Part shown: positions 1-12,339 of the stretch, in pieces
Numbering within the stretch: position 1 is the stretch's first letter
Layout of the letters: each line of letters begins with the position of its first letter
DNA from: Azolla caroliniana
Taxonomy: Eukaryota > Plantae > Polypodiophyta
Direction of reading: 5' to 3'
NCBI GenBank assembly: GCA_043228905.1
Contig: JBHGNT010000015.1
Span: 8,866,001 to 8,930,000 of the forward strand
Length of the DNA: 64,000 bases
Program-made: the position numbers and the translations under genes
Notes under the pieces: generated by a model
The model's database searches: none
The model's input: only the letters and a program-made list of their open reading frames with translations
What the model was told of the DNA's origin: nothing

Positions 1-879
1 GCAAAATTCCTGTACGAGAACATTTGGTGCCGATATGGATGTCCGATTGAATTAATCAGCGACCAAGGAGGGCACTTCCTTGGCCAGGTAGTTGAAAGCT
101 TAACAACGTTCTATGCCGTGGTCCATAAACGGAGCACACCGTACTACCCACAAGCGAACGGGTTAGCAGAGTCAACCAACAAAACGCTCCAGAACATTCT
201 CCGCAAAATCGTCAATGAAAACCGGACGGACTGGGATACAAAGCTCCATAGTGCGCTATGGGCGTACCGAACGGCATACAAAACAAGTATCCGGACAACG
301 CCGTTCCGGTTAGCGTTCGGCTTAGAGGCGGTCATGCCGGTGGAGTTTCAGGTACCAAGCTTACGGATCCAACTACGGGAACGGCTGAATGAAAAGGAGT
401 CGGAGGAAATGCAGCTAGCAGCACTATGCGAACTGGAGGAGCAACGGCTGGCCAGCATCCTACACATGGAACTGGAGCAACGACGACGGAAAGCGTTCGT
501 TGACCGTCACCGGAAAGGTAATGAAAAGATGTTCGAAATCGGAAAGCCGGTGCTAGTATTCCAAACAAGGATGGGCAAGATGCCGGGTAAACTCCGGTTC
601 AGATGGACAGGCCCATATTGGCTGACACGGGAATACAACGGGTCCTATCAGTTAGGGACACTTGCCGGTGAAGTGCTAGGCAAGTGGGTCAACGGATTTA
701 GACTAAAGCCCTATAAAGGACCGATGCCAAGTAACCCGTTTATGCAGCCCACCGGCACTATACCGGGAACAGTACGGATGGAAGAAAAAGACGACGGGGA
801 ACCCATAGCAGAGGCGAAGGAAGACACGGTAACCCGTAAGGAAAACGGTAAGGGTCCGAAGGGACCTACGGATGTGTAA
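1..879 (+). CDS. Gypsy integrase C-terminal half (end of pol, partial)
   Basis: Frame 1 is open from the window start: LISDQGGHF, STPYYPQANGLAESTNK, ALWAYRT..TPFRLAFG, and the GPY/F module KLRFRWTGPY...VNGFRLKPY. Confidence 0.93.
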   Translation, partial: AKFLYENIWCRYGCPIELISDQGGHFLGQVVESLTTFYAVVHKRSTPYYPQANGLAESTNKTLQNILRKIVNENRTDWDTKLHSALWAYRTAYKTSIRTTPFRLAFGLEAVMPVEFQVPSLRIQLRERLNEKESEEMQLAALCELEEQRLASILHMELEQRRRKAFVDRHRKGNEKMFEIGKPVLVFQTRMGKMPGKLRFRWTGPYWLTREYNGSYQLGTLAGEVLGKWVNGFRLKPYKGPMPSNPFMQPTGTIPGTVRMEEKDDGEPIAEAKEDTVTRKENGKGPKGPTDV

Positions 880-1013
880 GATCACATACCGTCATTAAAA
901 AAAAAAAAAAAAAAAAGAAATCATTAAAAATTGAGGTATGAACGGACGTGTAAGCAAGGAGCAAAAAGGTACGTAGTGGGCATTTAAGAGCCGCCACATT
1001 ACTTAATACTAAA

Positions 1014-3945
1014 TTGGTACATGACGTGCGCATGCTCGGAAAAGGCGCCAAGACGCACAGAGAAAAAGAAGAACGCATGGAGACCTTTTTCTTTCGCGAG
1101 CCAAGAAGCACAGAAGCACCAAGGCAGTGGAAGCTTAGCAAACGCGAACCTGCACTCAGAGAACCCCCACGTTCGGAACGCTCTCTCTCTCGCTCTCACT
1201 CTCATCACCACTCTACCTCGCCATCTTTCCTCGACCTCGAAGCAGACATGGAACCACAAACGCTGTCGGAAGCGGCCAGGAAATGGTTCAGGCAACACGG
1301 ACTGGATGGGTTCTTGACCATCATGGAGGCACCACCGCACAAAGAAGCCGACCGGGTCATCAGGGAGCTCGACACGGAAGTCATCACCGAGGAAGCGATC
1401 CGTGCGCTAACAGGCCTTCCGGAGGGAGGTATTTTTCAGATTGATAACCCAACCTCGGAGCAACTCATCCGATATTTCGGTGAGTACTCTGTTGCCGGCA
1501 AAGGCTATCGAACGCAGGGCGGCGAAGATCCGCTATTCAGGGAGATAGCTCGAGTGCTCCATGAGTACGGCCACGTGTACCCCCGACCCCCTGTCATGCC
1601 AAAAAATCGGGCAGGGATGATCATAGCCACCTATGAAGGGATCAAGGTGGATTGCCCGGTGTTGATTGCAGACGGTTTGTGCGCGGCAATCGACACGGTA
1701 CGAGGAAAGGACGGCAAGGAGGGCCGGAAGCTGTGGCATGCCGTAGCTCAGTGGATAACATTGCTCGTGCCGCCGGTCGAGACCGTTCAGCCAAAGAAGC
1801 GGCCAAGATTATCGGAAGGAAGCACTTCGAAACCCGCGTCCAAACGGCAGCAACTGCTGGCGTCAAAGGCGACGAAAGGGAAGAGACGGCTCCCAGAACC
1901 GGAGGAGGTGTCACCGGTGGGACCCGTTAAGATAACCATATGGAGACCGGGACAGAAGGAACCGGAACCCTTGAGCGCACAGAAACATGCCGTTACCCAG
2001 GAAGAGGAAACGGAGGAGCCAGAAGAGCACCTCCAACGACGGTCAAGAAGTAGGACCGCCGGGACAGTGGGGTAGCGTTCGGACCCGCAAAAGGAAGAAA
2101 CACCCCCAACTCAACCTGAGCAAACCACAAGGGAGGAACCGGAACCGGTGCGTATAGAACCGGCCTTGTCGACTTCTATACCAGAAGTCATTCCAACGGC
2201 TCCGGAGACGGCGAGAACCGGAACTCAACAGCCGGCGAGCCCAGCCAGCACACACGGCGGCCAAGGAGTAGAACCAGAACGGCAGATACAGGCACTCAGG
2301 CCAGACAATTCCACAGTGAACGAGCCGACTCGACCAGTACAGCAGCAAGGCACCAGTAGCATGTGGCTACGGTGGGTAGGCGAGCAGATCGCCGGAGCGG
2401 TCGAATACATAGAGGCGGAGGAGAGAGCGCACCACGAACGGTTGCTCGTCACAACCGTAGATCTAGAGACGGCCCGGTCCAGAATCCGGAGCCTTGAACA
2501 AGACTTGGACAGGGTCACAAGGGAAATGGCTCAATTGGCTTTGACAACACAAGTCCAAGCACCGGTGACTACGGGCAATGTACAGACTAAAGCGTCAGAT
2601 CAACCTGTACATTGCTAGCAATCAGACCCCGGCAACGGAAACCGTTCCGGAGAGAAATGCGGCACAAGCCCAAGAGCTTGCGGACGTAAAGGATGAGCTA
2701 GCTGCCCAAGAAGCGCTGAGGAGCCGCGAAAGAGAGTTGAAGACGGCAGCGGAGGCAGAACTCAAAAAGACTGCTGAGAATCTACGCCGGGCCGAGGAGA
2801 GCTTACGAAAAGGCCACCAAGCGTACGACCGGCTCAAGGAGGAAAAGGAGAAAATGTTGCAAGAGAAGGACAGGCTCCGGAGAAACGCCGAAACAAAAGT
2901 AGAGCGCCTGAAAGAGGAACTCCGGCAGCTAAAGGACTGGGAGGACCGGAACCATCGCCAGATCAACGGCAAGCTCAAACAAAAAACGGAGGAATTTGAG
3001 CACTTGCACCGGGAGTATAAACGGTTGCAAACGGAGCACAAGGAACGGACGGATGAGCTCCGGCAAGCAGTTGATCGGACCGCAACGGCATACGCTAATG
3101 AACAAGCGGAAACCAGAAGACGGTTGGAAGAGGCGGAGAAGGTTCGGACAGAGCTCCTCAGGCAACAGCAGGCGGAAAAAGAAAGAGCGGCGGAGGTACT
3201 GCAGAGGCTGCAGACAACATATCAAGGGCAGCTGACGCGCTACAGAGAGCAGGCGGAGGATACGGCTAATCTCATCAAGCAGTTGAAGGAGGAACGACAA
3301 GTTGTGGAAAGTAGAGCGCAAATGGGAGCAAGTCGCATCCAGGATATCATGCGGGCCTGGTTGAACCAGACCTAGAGCTTGATTGACAACGGTTCCGTCA
3401 AATGGTGGACCAAGTGGGCCACGAATGCGGCGGAACTCCAATTGCTCCGGGCCGACGTAGAGAACCGGCGGAAGGAGGGAGATGATTGCTATATGCTGAC
3501 TTCCGAAGACTTCACCGGCATAAGAGATGAGCTGGCCGAAGACTTTCAAGCCTTGGCAGAGGACCAACTAGGGCAAGTTCGGCAACTTGTAGCTCAGCTG
3601 GACGACGACAGGCTGGAGGCGCAGATCCAGTTTGAAAGCTACGAGAGGTCCCGGATCCGGGAAGAGAAAGCACGAGAACCAGTAACGGTCAACCTCAGTG
3701 ATGAGGAACCGTTACTGGAAGGAGACCGGACCGGAAGCAGTCAAACGGAGATGCCGGAGTCAGAAAAACAAACGGAGCAGCCGGAGCAGTCTCAGTCACA
3801 ACCGCAACCACAGCAGCAGCAGCAAGCAGAGCAGCCGGAGCAGCCTCAGTCCCAACCGCAACCACAGCAGCCGCAGCAACCACAACCGGAAGAACAAGTG
3901 GAAACTCTGGAACAAAGTATTTTGGACAATTTGGGTGAACAATGA
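1014..3945 (+). pseudogene. Additional sense ORF downstream of pol (globular N-terminal domain, long coiled coil, Q/P-rich tail), disrupted
   Basis: ORFs 1014-2075 and 2148-2618 share a frame (TAG between). There is a frameshift near 2600, then 2578-3375 and 3379-3945 share a frame. The 2650-3350 segment is E/K/R/L-rich with heptad character. It lies between integrase and the 3' LTR. Confidence 0.75.
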
Positions 3946-3997
3946 AGGGGCCGAGAAGGGTTCGACGTACAAGGTACTGTCCCACGGGCGTGCCATG

Positions 3998-4416
3998 TGT
4001 TACCGGCCGGCAAGGAGTCCAAAATACGGAGTGAAGGAATTAATTAAGTATGGTTGTAAATAAGCATAGTGTGGACGGACGGACTGGAAACGGTATGCCG
4101 TTCCAGATCCGGACGGATCCCGAATAGGTGCGATAGGCACCGTTTTGTACTACGGGCCGGAAACCTATTTAAAGGCCCGGACCCCATTGTAATCGCAGCG
4201 GATAATTAATAGAGCATATGGTGTTTATACTTCTGTGTTGATTTCCGTTCTGTAATTACTGTTATATCTTACGCGTGTAATTAACAAAAGCGCTCTAATC
4301 ATGTAACCTACGTAAGTCGGTGTAATCGTTGAATCTTAATCCTATGCCGTAATCACCCTTTGGTGAAGTGTCTCCGTGACACCTTGTGTTAGGCCTTGTC
4401 CGGTCAGAGAATAACA
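3998..4416 (+). repeat. 3' LTR of element A
   Basis: TGTTA...TAACA inverted termini and an internal TATTTAAA. The sequence right after it switches abruptly to element B coding sequence. No partner LTR is in the window. Confidence 0.7.
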
Positions 4417-7400
4417 GTGTGTACCGGTTCCCATTTGAATTTTCTCCCTTTTTTCAGTAAGCTATACAAGGGTTCAACCACATGAGCATAGTGCGGAATC
4501 CAAATGTGGTAGAACGCACATGCTTCTAAGAATCTTCGGACCTCTGTCTACGTTCCACATTCCCTTCGCATCTCTTGAATAGCATTCACCTTCTCGGGAG
4601 AGGGTTTCCATCCATATGGCCCACAAAAATGTACCACTACTAGGATCTCACGTTGGCCAAATGCTGATTTTTCTTCAGAGAATGTGAGGCCCTGCACCTT
4701 CTAGTCTTTCCAGCACTCTTCCACAATCTTCAATATGGTTTGAAACAAATCTTCGACATCCATCTTGATCTAAAGACTCGTCCTTCTCTGATTTAGGGCA
4801 CCCCTTTATAGGTATAGCATCAAACAAAGGCATCGTAATATCTGGGATGCAGTCTCTTAGTACTTTGTTCATGGCATTCATCATGTGAGCCACTAGGTTA
4901 GTTGCCCCTTGCGGTAATGTACACATCCTTACTAGCCCAATGGGAGTCCTCATTATTGTGATGTCTCGACTATCCAAAGACGATTGAAATTGGTCATATC
5001 TAGAATACAAGTCTCCAATCGAGTAAATCGACCTTCTTGCAAAAGCTTCAGCAAACTCATCAACACTAGGTCCAATATCAACATTACGAATGGTGACCTT
5101 GTTTACTGGTTGCAGATCTTGGATAAATCAAAGTGCTCCATTCTTCTTCGGCACTGTGAACCACCTATTTGAATGAGGCGCATTAGATGGCTCAAGGATT
5201 CCCATTCTAATATTTTCTTTTAACAGCTCTAGCAATCTTGGAATGTGAGTTCTTGGAACGGGAATTGGCTTCAAGTTCCATGGCACATGGGGTATTGTAA
5301 AGATAACCATTGGTTCCACAAGCATTGGGTCAAAACATCCGATCTCATGTGGGGAAAAGGCAAATGCCTTCCCGTGTTGCTCCAACATTTCCCGGAACTT
5401 GGACTCTTCTTTGGGAAGCAAAAACTCACCCCCACCAATTTTGAGCTTCCTCCGAGTTTCATCGGTGAAGACATGCCCTACTCCTTTCGGGTCTCTAAGG
5501 CACGGATCTTGCGTTACCTTCTTTATTCACTGCCAACTGTTTTCAGGCAAGGGAGTAGCCACATGTTTGACCTTCTTATCTACAGTCTTGTATTTGGTAT
5601 TAACTTCGACTTCATCCATTGCAACACCTTGTTCGTATTCGTCGATGACGGTGTATAAGGCGACAAAGTTGATTAGAATTATTCTGTTGACTTGTAGTTT
5701 CGATTCGATGACTTTCTCCATTTCCCCAAGAGTATCATCAAATGATATTATCTCCATGTACCCGTTTATTGCCTCTTCCTCGCTCATAATCCCGATTTCT
5801 CTAAGTTGTTCCTCTAGGATTTCTATTTTAATATCTCCTCCATTAATGTTGCTAAATTTACACATCCCATTTTCAGAAAACAACACTTCATTTTCATTAA
5901 TGGGGTGACAACTTTTATTACACTAATTTGGGAACATAGTTAGATGTCCTAGACTGTTGTTGTCCCTCTCCCTAATAGCCCGAATTAAAAATACTCCCTA
6001 GATTCTTTCCCTAAGCTATACCTATTTCTTTCATGGTTTGGTCGTATGGTGAGGAATTGAACCGAGCTCATCCCATCTTGACTTTGTATCCGCATATGAC
6101 GAACCATTATCAAGTACCTTTGTCTCCACTTGGGATGCTATAATGTAAGGATCGCCAAGGATGACAGGATGTGACACTGATTCCTACACAAAAAAGTGTG
6201 GATCATGCTCAACGTCGCCAATAGTTACCTTAACGTTAAGGCAGGCCCCATGAAGCTCTTCAGTCGCCCTGGTTGCCGCTTGAATCTTCCACCCATGCCT
6301 AATATTAATGGGCCAACGACCCTTTCAATAGAAGTCAAGAGACATGAGGTTGATCTCCGAGCCATGATCAATGAGCACCACCACCGAATCTTTCAAGTCT
6401 CCCATCCACACCGGTGATTCAGTAGTAGCCCTAGCCCAATGTTGCCTTGCAAAATGGCTATTGGCAAATTCTTGTTCAATTTCGAGACCTTCCGTTGTGA
6501 TAGCGCTCGTCGAGACATTTGTTGGTCTAGTTCCTTCTCCACTTGTCGTCAGTCTCTTCCTTTTTATTAAGTCAATGATGACATCATGAAATTTTTTCTT
6601 TGCAATTCCTAAGATCTCCCATAGTGTGAACTCGATTCGGCTATCCAGGATTCTTTCTTCCATCACACACTTAAGGTCGGTGGATTGCTCTATCTCCGAG
6701 CGTAGTTTGAACATTGGTCCGATTCTTTCCTTCCCTCTTTCGGTTATCGTTTTGGGCGGTGATGATTCCTCCCTTCTTTGAACAGCCTCTCTTGTGTCAT
6801 GTTTCTTTGAAGAGCCTGATTGGTCATCTGGTCTTTTTCGTTTCTCTTCAACTAGGACGTCATAGTTTTGACACATGGCCTCGACGAAGCTAGACTTCTC
6901 CTCCACAGGGTCCTCCTATCCCGTCATTGCTTGGACTCTTCGTTCTGCTTTGAGTGCCTCGTTTATGCAGAGCTTCCCTTTTCCGACTTGATTCAATATG
7001 ATTGGCCAAAATTCTCCTGCTTGAGATTCTTGGGCTCTCGTCTTGTGTCCATCTTGAATCCCGGCAGATGAGGAATAGTAAACACTATTCACTTTGTTTT
7101 CTTCCATTTCCTCCATCAACTACTTCATACCTCCTCGGTCGAAGTTAGTATTGAGAGGACGTTGCATCACCAAAGAGTGAATCTGATTGGTTGAGAGATA
7201 AATGATATCTCATCGAAGGGCATTTTGGAATTCTGAGCAATCTCTCCGCTAGTGTTCCAAAGAGTCACACCAAATACACCTGCGGGGAAAGTCCAAGCGA
7301 TGACCCAGAAAACTTTGAGTTTCTTCCTTTCTAATTTGAGAAATTCTTATCTCTTGAAGCATTCTACAAGTTTATCCATAGTGGCTTCGTCCGTGAGCTA

Positions 7401-8281
7401 GCTACTTCAACATCCCTCGGTCTTTGGGCTTGTGGTTCTTGTCTTGTGTTATAAGCTTGTCGGCCACTCTGAGCTGCAACACTCGATCTTGTCTTGTTGT
7501 CCCATTGTCGACACTTATCAAAATGTTCACATGCTCTCTTCACTACTGCCCAATCAGAAATGAGGCCTTCATCGTTTTCTAGTAGTAGTCCAAGATTTGT
7601 TCGATCTTTCTCATCTACTAACTTGATAAATAGGAGCACCTTGCTGGAATCAAGAATAGTTTTGTCAAGTGTAGGCAACTGATCAAATCTTTGCTCGAAC
7701 TCATGGAGCGTCGGACTCGCACTCAACTCTTTGTTAGAAGAATTCACCTTAAATCTTTTTCGTCATTCGAGATGAGTCACCAAACCCATATTCTTCAAGT
7801 AAACTTTGTTCGAAAGATGACCATTCAGGATTGATCTCTTGTAGCTCTAGGACCCCAGAGTAAAGACTTGAAGTTACAATCCTTGAGAAGCTTGTCAATT
7901 GTCTTGCCATAGGAATACCCTTTTTTCGCATTTCTGTTTTGTACGTTTCCTGGTATCCTGTCACATCTCTACCGTCAAAGCATCCATTGGTATCCACGAT
8001 CCTATTGATGGCAACGTCAAGGCCTGCGACGTTGTCTCTCTCCTGGAGCATTTGGTCCATCATCCTTGCTCTTGCTTGTGCTAGACTATCATTAGAATCT
8101 CTAGCACTTGAAGTTCCGGCCATCCTCCCTTGCCATTCTTCATGTCGGGTTCACCAAATCTATGTCGCGGAAATCCGGGGTCTTTGACCAAGGAGGATGA
8201 ATTGGGTGACTTGTACTTGTAAGGAATCGACCGTCATTTAGGTTTATAATCGGGTCGTTCTTGTTGTCGAAGATGCTTGTG

Positions 8282-8312
<31 letters not shown>

Positions 8313-8960
8313 CGATATTGAGAAAATATTTACTACACCACAAAGATGTCGTGAAGCACGTGACAGGTGCCAAAGGTCGTGATGTGTGTGTTACATGTGC
8401 GCAAACAAGCACCGGCCTCTATCTGCAAGTGGTGATGGAGGATCAAAAGGATCGTTCAAGACAATGAAGTGGAACCGTCAGTGTTCTGGACCGGAAGGAC
8501 TAGCGCAAGCAAGAAAGTATTAAAGATAGATTGGTAGATAGATAGATACGAACGAGAATTCCAATTCCGGGTTTGAACCTTTGACTTCAAAATTGAGGGA
8601 CAAGACACATTTCCAATGAGATAACTAAGATTTATTATTATTGTTATTGATTCCATACATTGCTTGATTTCCTTTCCCTTCCTTTCCTTCTTATATAGAT
8701 GCCCCCATGCATATGATGCGTGGAGGGTGTAAGACATGCATACAATGCATGAAATGCACGTGATGCATGATTGCCATTTGGCGCTCATGCATCACATGTC
8801 TCTCATTCAAGCCTCATGTACGAGTTGTTACATGTGAAATGAAGAAATAAGCTTTAAAGAGAATAACCTAGCCTAATGGTATGTCAATTGCCTCCTATCC
8901 TTGAGGTGTAAGGTTCAAAACCTTACTTGCACCTCATTGTATGCCACTAGGACCTAGGCT
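4417..8960 (-). mobile_element. Degenerate Ty3/gypsy element B (tRNA-Trp-primed family): 5' LTR, gag, protease, RT; interrupted by A
   Basis: gag 8123-6325 (FDGRDVTGY, CIWCD knuckle), protease IDHGSEINLM, RT (PWNLKPIPVP, NRWFTVPKKNG, LPQGATN). LTR end GCGACA at 8163. The upper LTR boundary is approximate. Confidence 0.88.
8140..8156 (-). promoter_or_regulatory. Primer binding site complementary to tRNA-Trp (element B)
   Basis: Minus strand TGGTGAACCCGACATGA, 6 nt after the LTR end. It matches the plant tRNA-Trp 3' end ...TCACGTCGGGTTCACCA with one mismatch. Confidence 0.85.
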
Positions 8961-9004
8961 TATTTTTATATCTTGTGTAATGAACACCTAAACACACATC
9001 ACAC

Positions 9005-10550
9005 GTGCACATTAACGTGCTAACATACATGTGTAATCATCACTCCTTTCATACGTGTGCACATTGCACCTTCTTGATTTTCCTCGTTCCACGCGATTTT
9101 CACACTGTTGCCGAAAATCTTTACAACATCGTACCTCTTCCGAATCGGGTGCCTCCGATTTGTTCCAACTCTTGTCCGAGTTGGCTGTCTCCAATTCGTC
9201 CTCAATCTCCATACCCTTCACCACGTCGAACCATGTCCTGGTCTCGGTCTTTCCAGTTTTGCCTTCCTCTTTTTTGCTTGGCTCCAACTTGGGCTTTGCA
9301 TTTCGGTGCCTCCCCCTATGTCTGGTCTCGGCTTTCTCGGTCGACACGTGCACACTGACTTCTTCAGTCGGACCGAAATCAAGATTGGTTTCCGACTCGG
9401 CTTTTCGGTCGTCTTTCCCATTCCTCCCTTCATTCCAGTCATGTTTCTCATTCCTCCCCCTCAAGTTCGGCATATCAAGGTACAACACACCCAATGCACT
9501 TGAAAATTGCCGCAACTTGTCCAAGCCAAGGGGTTTGGTGAAGATATCGGCCACCTACCGATCTGTTAGGAACATGTAGCAGTTCCACTCCACTGGAGAG
9601 AACGTGCTCTCAGACAAAATGGTAGTGCACCTCGATGTGCTTAGTTCGAGCGTGAAAGACGGGGTTTTTTGCCAACTGAATGTTGCTGAGGTTGTCGCAA
9701 TAGATCGTCATCAGATCAGACACCTCCACTTGCAGATCCTTGAGGAGCCTTGTTAGCCATATGGTTTCGCACGTTGCGACAACCGCTCCTCGGTACTCGG
9801 CCTCAGTGCTCGACAGTGCTATTGTCGGCTGCTTTTTACTGCTCTAGGTGATTGTGGTGCTTCCAATGGAAAACGCATATCCGGATGTAGACCTATGATC
9901 ACCGACATTTCCAACCCAATCGGCATTCATGTAGCGGAAAAGTTATCTGGCTACACCGGTACGATACAACAACCCCCTGTCCTTAGTGCCACTAACATAC
10001 ATGAGTATTCAGTGCGTGTTGAAGGTGCTCCACAGTCGGATGCGCCATGAATTGACTAATCAATCCGATTGGATAGCTGAGATCCAGTCGGGCGATGATT
10101 AGATATATGAGGCTTCCGACTATCTTTCGGAACCTTTTCGGGTCACATGTCATTCCGGAGTCGGGGCGAAGCTTCACATTCAGGTCCAAAGGAGTCGAGA
10201 CGGATTTGCCTTCCGTCATACCCAATTTGAAGAGCATACTCAACACATAATGCCATTGGTTGATCAGTATGCCTTTGGGGTTGCGGATCACTTTGATCTC
10301 AAGGAAGTAATGAAGGTCACCGAGATCCTTCATTTTGAATGATGTTGCGAGTTGGGATTTGATGCGGGTGATTTCGTCCATATCAGCACCGACAATGATG
10401 AAATCATCAACAGAAAGCAAAATGCTTACTAGCCCGTTCCGACCGTGCCAGATGAAAAGTGAAGAGTTTGATTTCGACGGAGCAAACCCTATCCGATGCA
10501 GACTCTGCATGATCTTCGCGTTCCAGGCATGGGGGGCTTGCTTGAGTCTG
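9005..10550 (-). mobile_element. Ty1/copia fragment (RT C-half, RNase H, 3' region)
   Basis: LKQAPHAWN, LSVDDFII, MKDLGDLHYFL, VGSLIYL, STEAEY, FHARTKHIEVHYHF, ADIFTKPL; many stops and frameshifts. Confidence 0.9.
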
Positions 10551-10865
10551 GAGGCTCTAAGGGCCGAAAGGCCGAAGAGGCCAGACCTTGAGCTTGAAGG
10601 GGAGTGTTGAGATAGCAAGCTCAAACCCCTTGTACATATAAAACCCCACTATCTTATTAGGGCAATACTAGGTTTAGATATATAAAGGCTCACTGAACAA
10701 CATTGTAATGAACTGGTTGTTTTTGTAATACAGTTGTATTTTTTGTCTCGCTCACTCTCTTTGTGTCACTATCTCTATAGTTTACTGTTTTTTGTCTTGG
10801 TTGTTCATTGCTGTGATTCAGTTGAGCTAGGTCGACTATGCATATAGACTTTCACATTATTTACA
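10551..10865 (+). mobile_element. Copia 3' remnant: PPT plus 3' LTR (LTR from 10605)
   Basis: TTGAGCTTGAAGGGGAG followed by TGTTGAGATAGCAAGCTCAA. The same PPT/LTR start motif occurs at 37353(-) and 61326(-). The LTR end is approximate. Confidence 0.6.
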
Positions 10866-11401
10866 AACTATCTCGTAAGCTTAGAAAGAAATTCACTTGT
10901 ATTAATGTGTTAGATTGTAGAGTCAACCCAATCAATGAATCCAAATGGTACAATCTCGTTGACGTCGAATGCATTGAGCATAACATTGAATGAATGCTCA
11001 AATATTTGTGACTCGGAAGTTAGTCTTGTTGAGAAGAAGACAAGAGGGGAGCGAATAAGTATGTCAGTCAGATGCCATTCTTGATAGTCTATCTTGAGCC
11101 GCATTTGTGATACTCTTTGAGTCTTGACGACGTGCACCTACCCCATTTATTTAGAATTTATTCTTAGAATACAAGTGAATTAAGAAGAAGCGATGATGCT
11201 CAAGCGCTACACACATATATACATATTAATTATACAATACATATAAGAAGAATATGTACATATGTACATACATATACGTATGTACCGTAGGCCCTTCAAA
11301 TCCTCTCTCTGAGCTCCCTCCCTCCCTCCCTCCCTCTCTCTCGGTCTGCTCGCGTGCAGAGTGTGAGAGAGGGAAGGGGACAGACCAGAGAAGACAGATA
11401 G

Positions 11402-12339
11402 ATGGCTACGTTCGGATGCTTCGCGGGGCTCGCAGCGGGGGCCATAGGAGCTCTCTCCCCCACCGAGCTGCACCTCCTCCGCCTCTGCTCCTCCTCCTCC
11501 TCCTCCTCCTCCTCCTCCACCGATGACGACTACCCACCACCACCTGCACCTGCACCTGCACCACCAGCACCCGCTCCGGTTCCCCAGGTACATACAACAC
11601 ACAAATACACACCGAAGAGGACTTACAGAGATACATTCCAGGAACAAAATACCTAACGATTTCGAATGTACCTAATTCTTTGTAGATCTGAATTTTGGAA
11701 ATAAAGTTCTCTCTCCCTCTTATTTATGTGATTTAAATGACACATTAGATCGTCTTACCATTGAATGTATCCATCAGTTTATCGTATCCAAAATCTGACA
11801 TATGATGCTTAATGGCTTGTTTGATCGTGATTTTCTACTTTCTGTTTACGTTGCAAATTACTCAAGTCTAAAATATGTCCACTGCTTAGGCTTTTGATTT
11901 GAAATCCTTTGTACATGTTGTAATGTATGCATTGCATTGTATATATGCCTATGTAGACATGTAACTACTCGTTATACATATGGTACATCCATGTATATAT
12001 ACCTGGATACATACATGCATACATGCATACATACATGCGTACATACATGCGTACATCCATACATGCGTACATACATACATACATACATACATACATACAT
12101 ACATACATACATACATACATACATACATACATACATACATACATACATACATACATACAACTCATTTTTGTGTGGATGTGGAATTGCAGTGTCATGAAGA
12201 AATGCAAGGACAAAGCCAAACCTTGTGGGCACCCACAAGAAGTGAAAGATTAATATCTTGCTTTAGCATAGCAAAACTAGCATCAGAATTCGATGGCATT
12301 ACCTCATTAGATTCTTCCTATGGATGCAGAAATGCTTGA
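11402..12339 (+). CDS. Small two-exon host gene (exons 11402-11587 and 12190-12339; about 111 aa, uncharacterised)
   Basis: CT/GA-rich leader, ATG at 11402, phase-0 donor CAG|GTACAT at 11587/8 and acceptor TGCAG|TGT at 12189/90 join in frame: MATFGCFAGL...S-rich..PAPAP..PVPQ/CHEEMQ...LASEFDGITSLDSSYGCRNA*. No TE motifs. Confidence 0.6.
12004..12158. repeat. (TACA)n microsatellite in predicted intron
   Basis: Perfect ATAC run at about 12068-12158 with degenerate upstream copies. Confidence 0.97.

Larger units (their letters stand above)
1..4416 (+). mobile_element. Ty3/gypsy LTR retrotransposon A (non-chromovirus, Tat/Athila-like), 3' part; 5' part outside window
   Basis: Integrase core/C-terminus at 1-879, long extra ORF at 1014-3945, and an LTR-like block TGTTA...TAACA at 3998-4416. 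The block abuts minus-strand RT/RNaseH sequence of element B. Confidence 0.85.

Noticed and set aside
1014-3945. Retroviral env gene
   Set aside because: No signal peptide or transmembrane segment is visible, so it is kept as an unassigned extra ORF.
11937-12253. Several ORFs with MYVC/HTYI repeats
   Set aside because: They are translations of the (TACA)n microsatellite.
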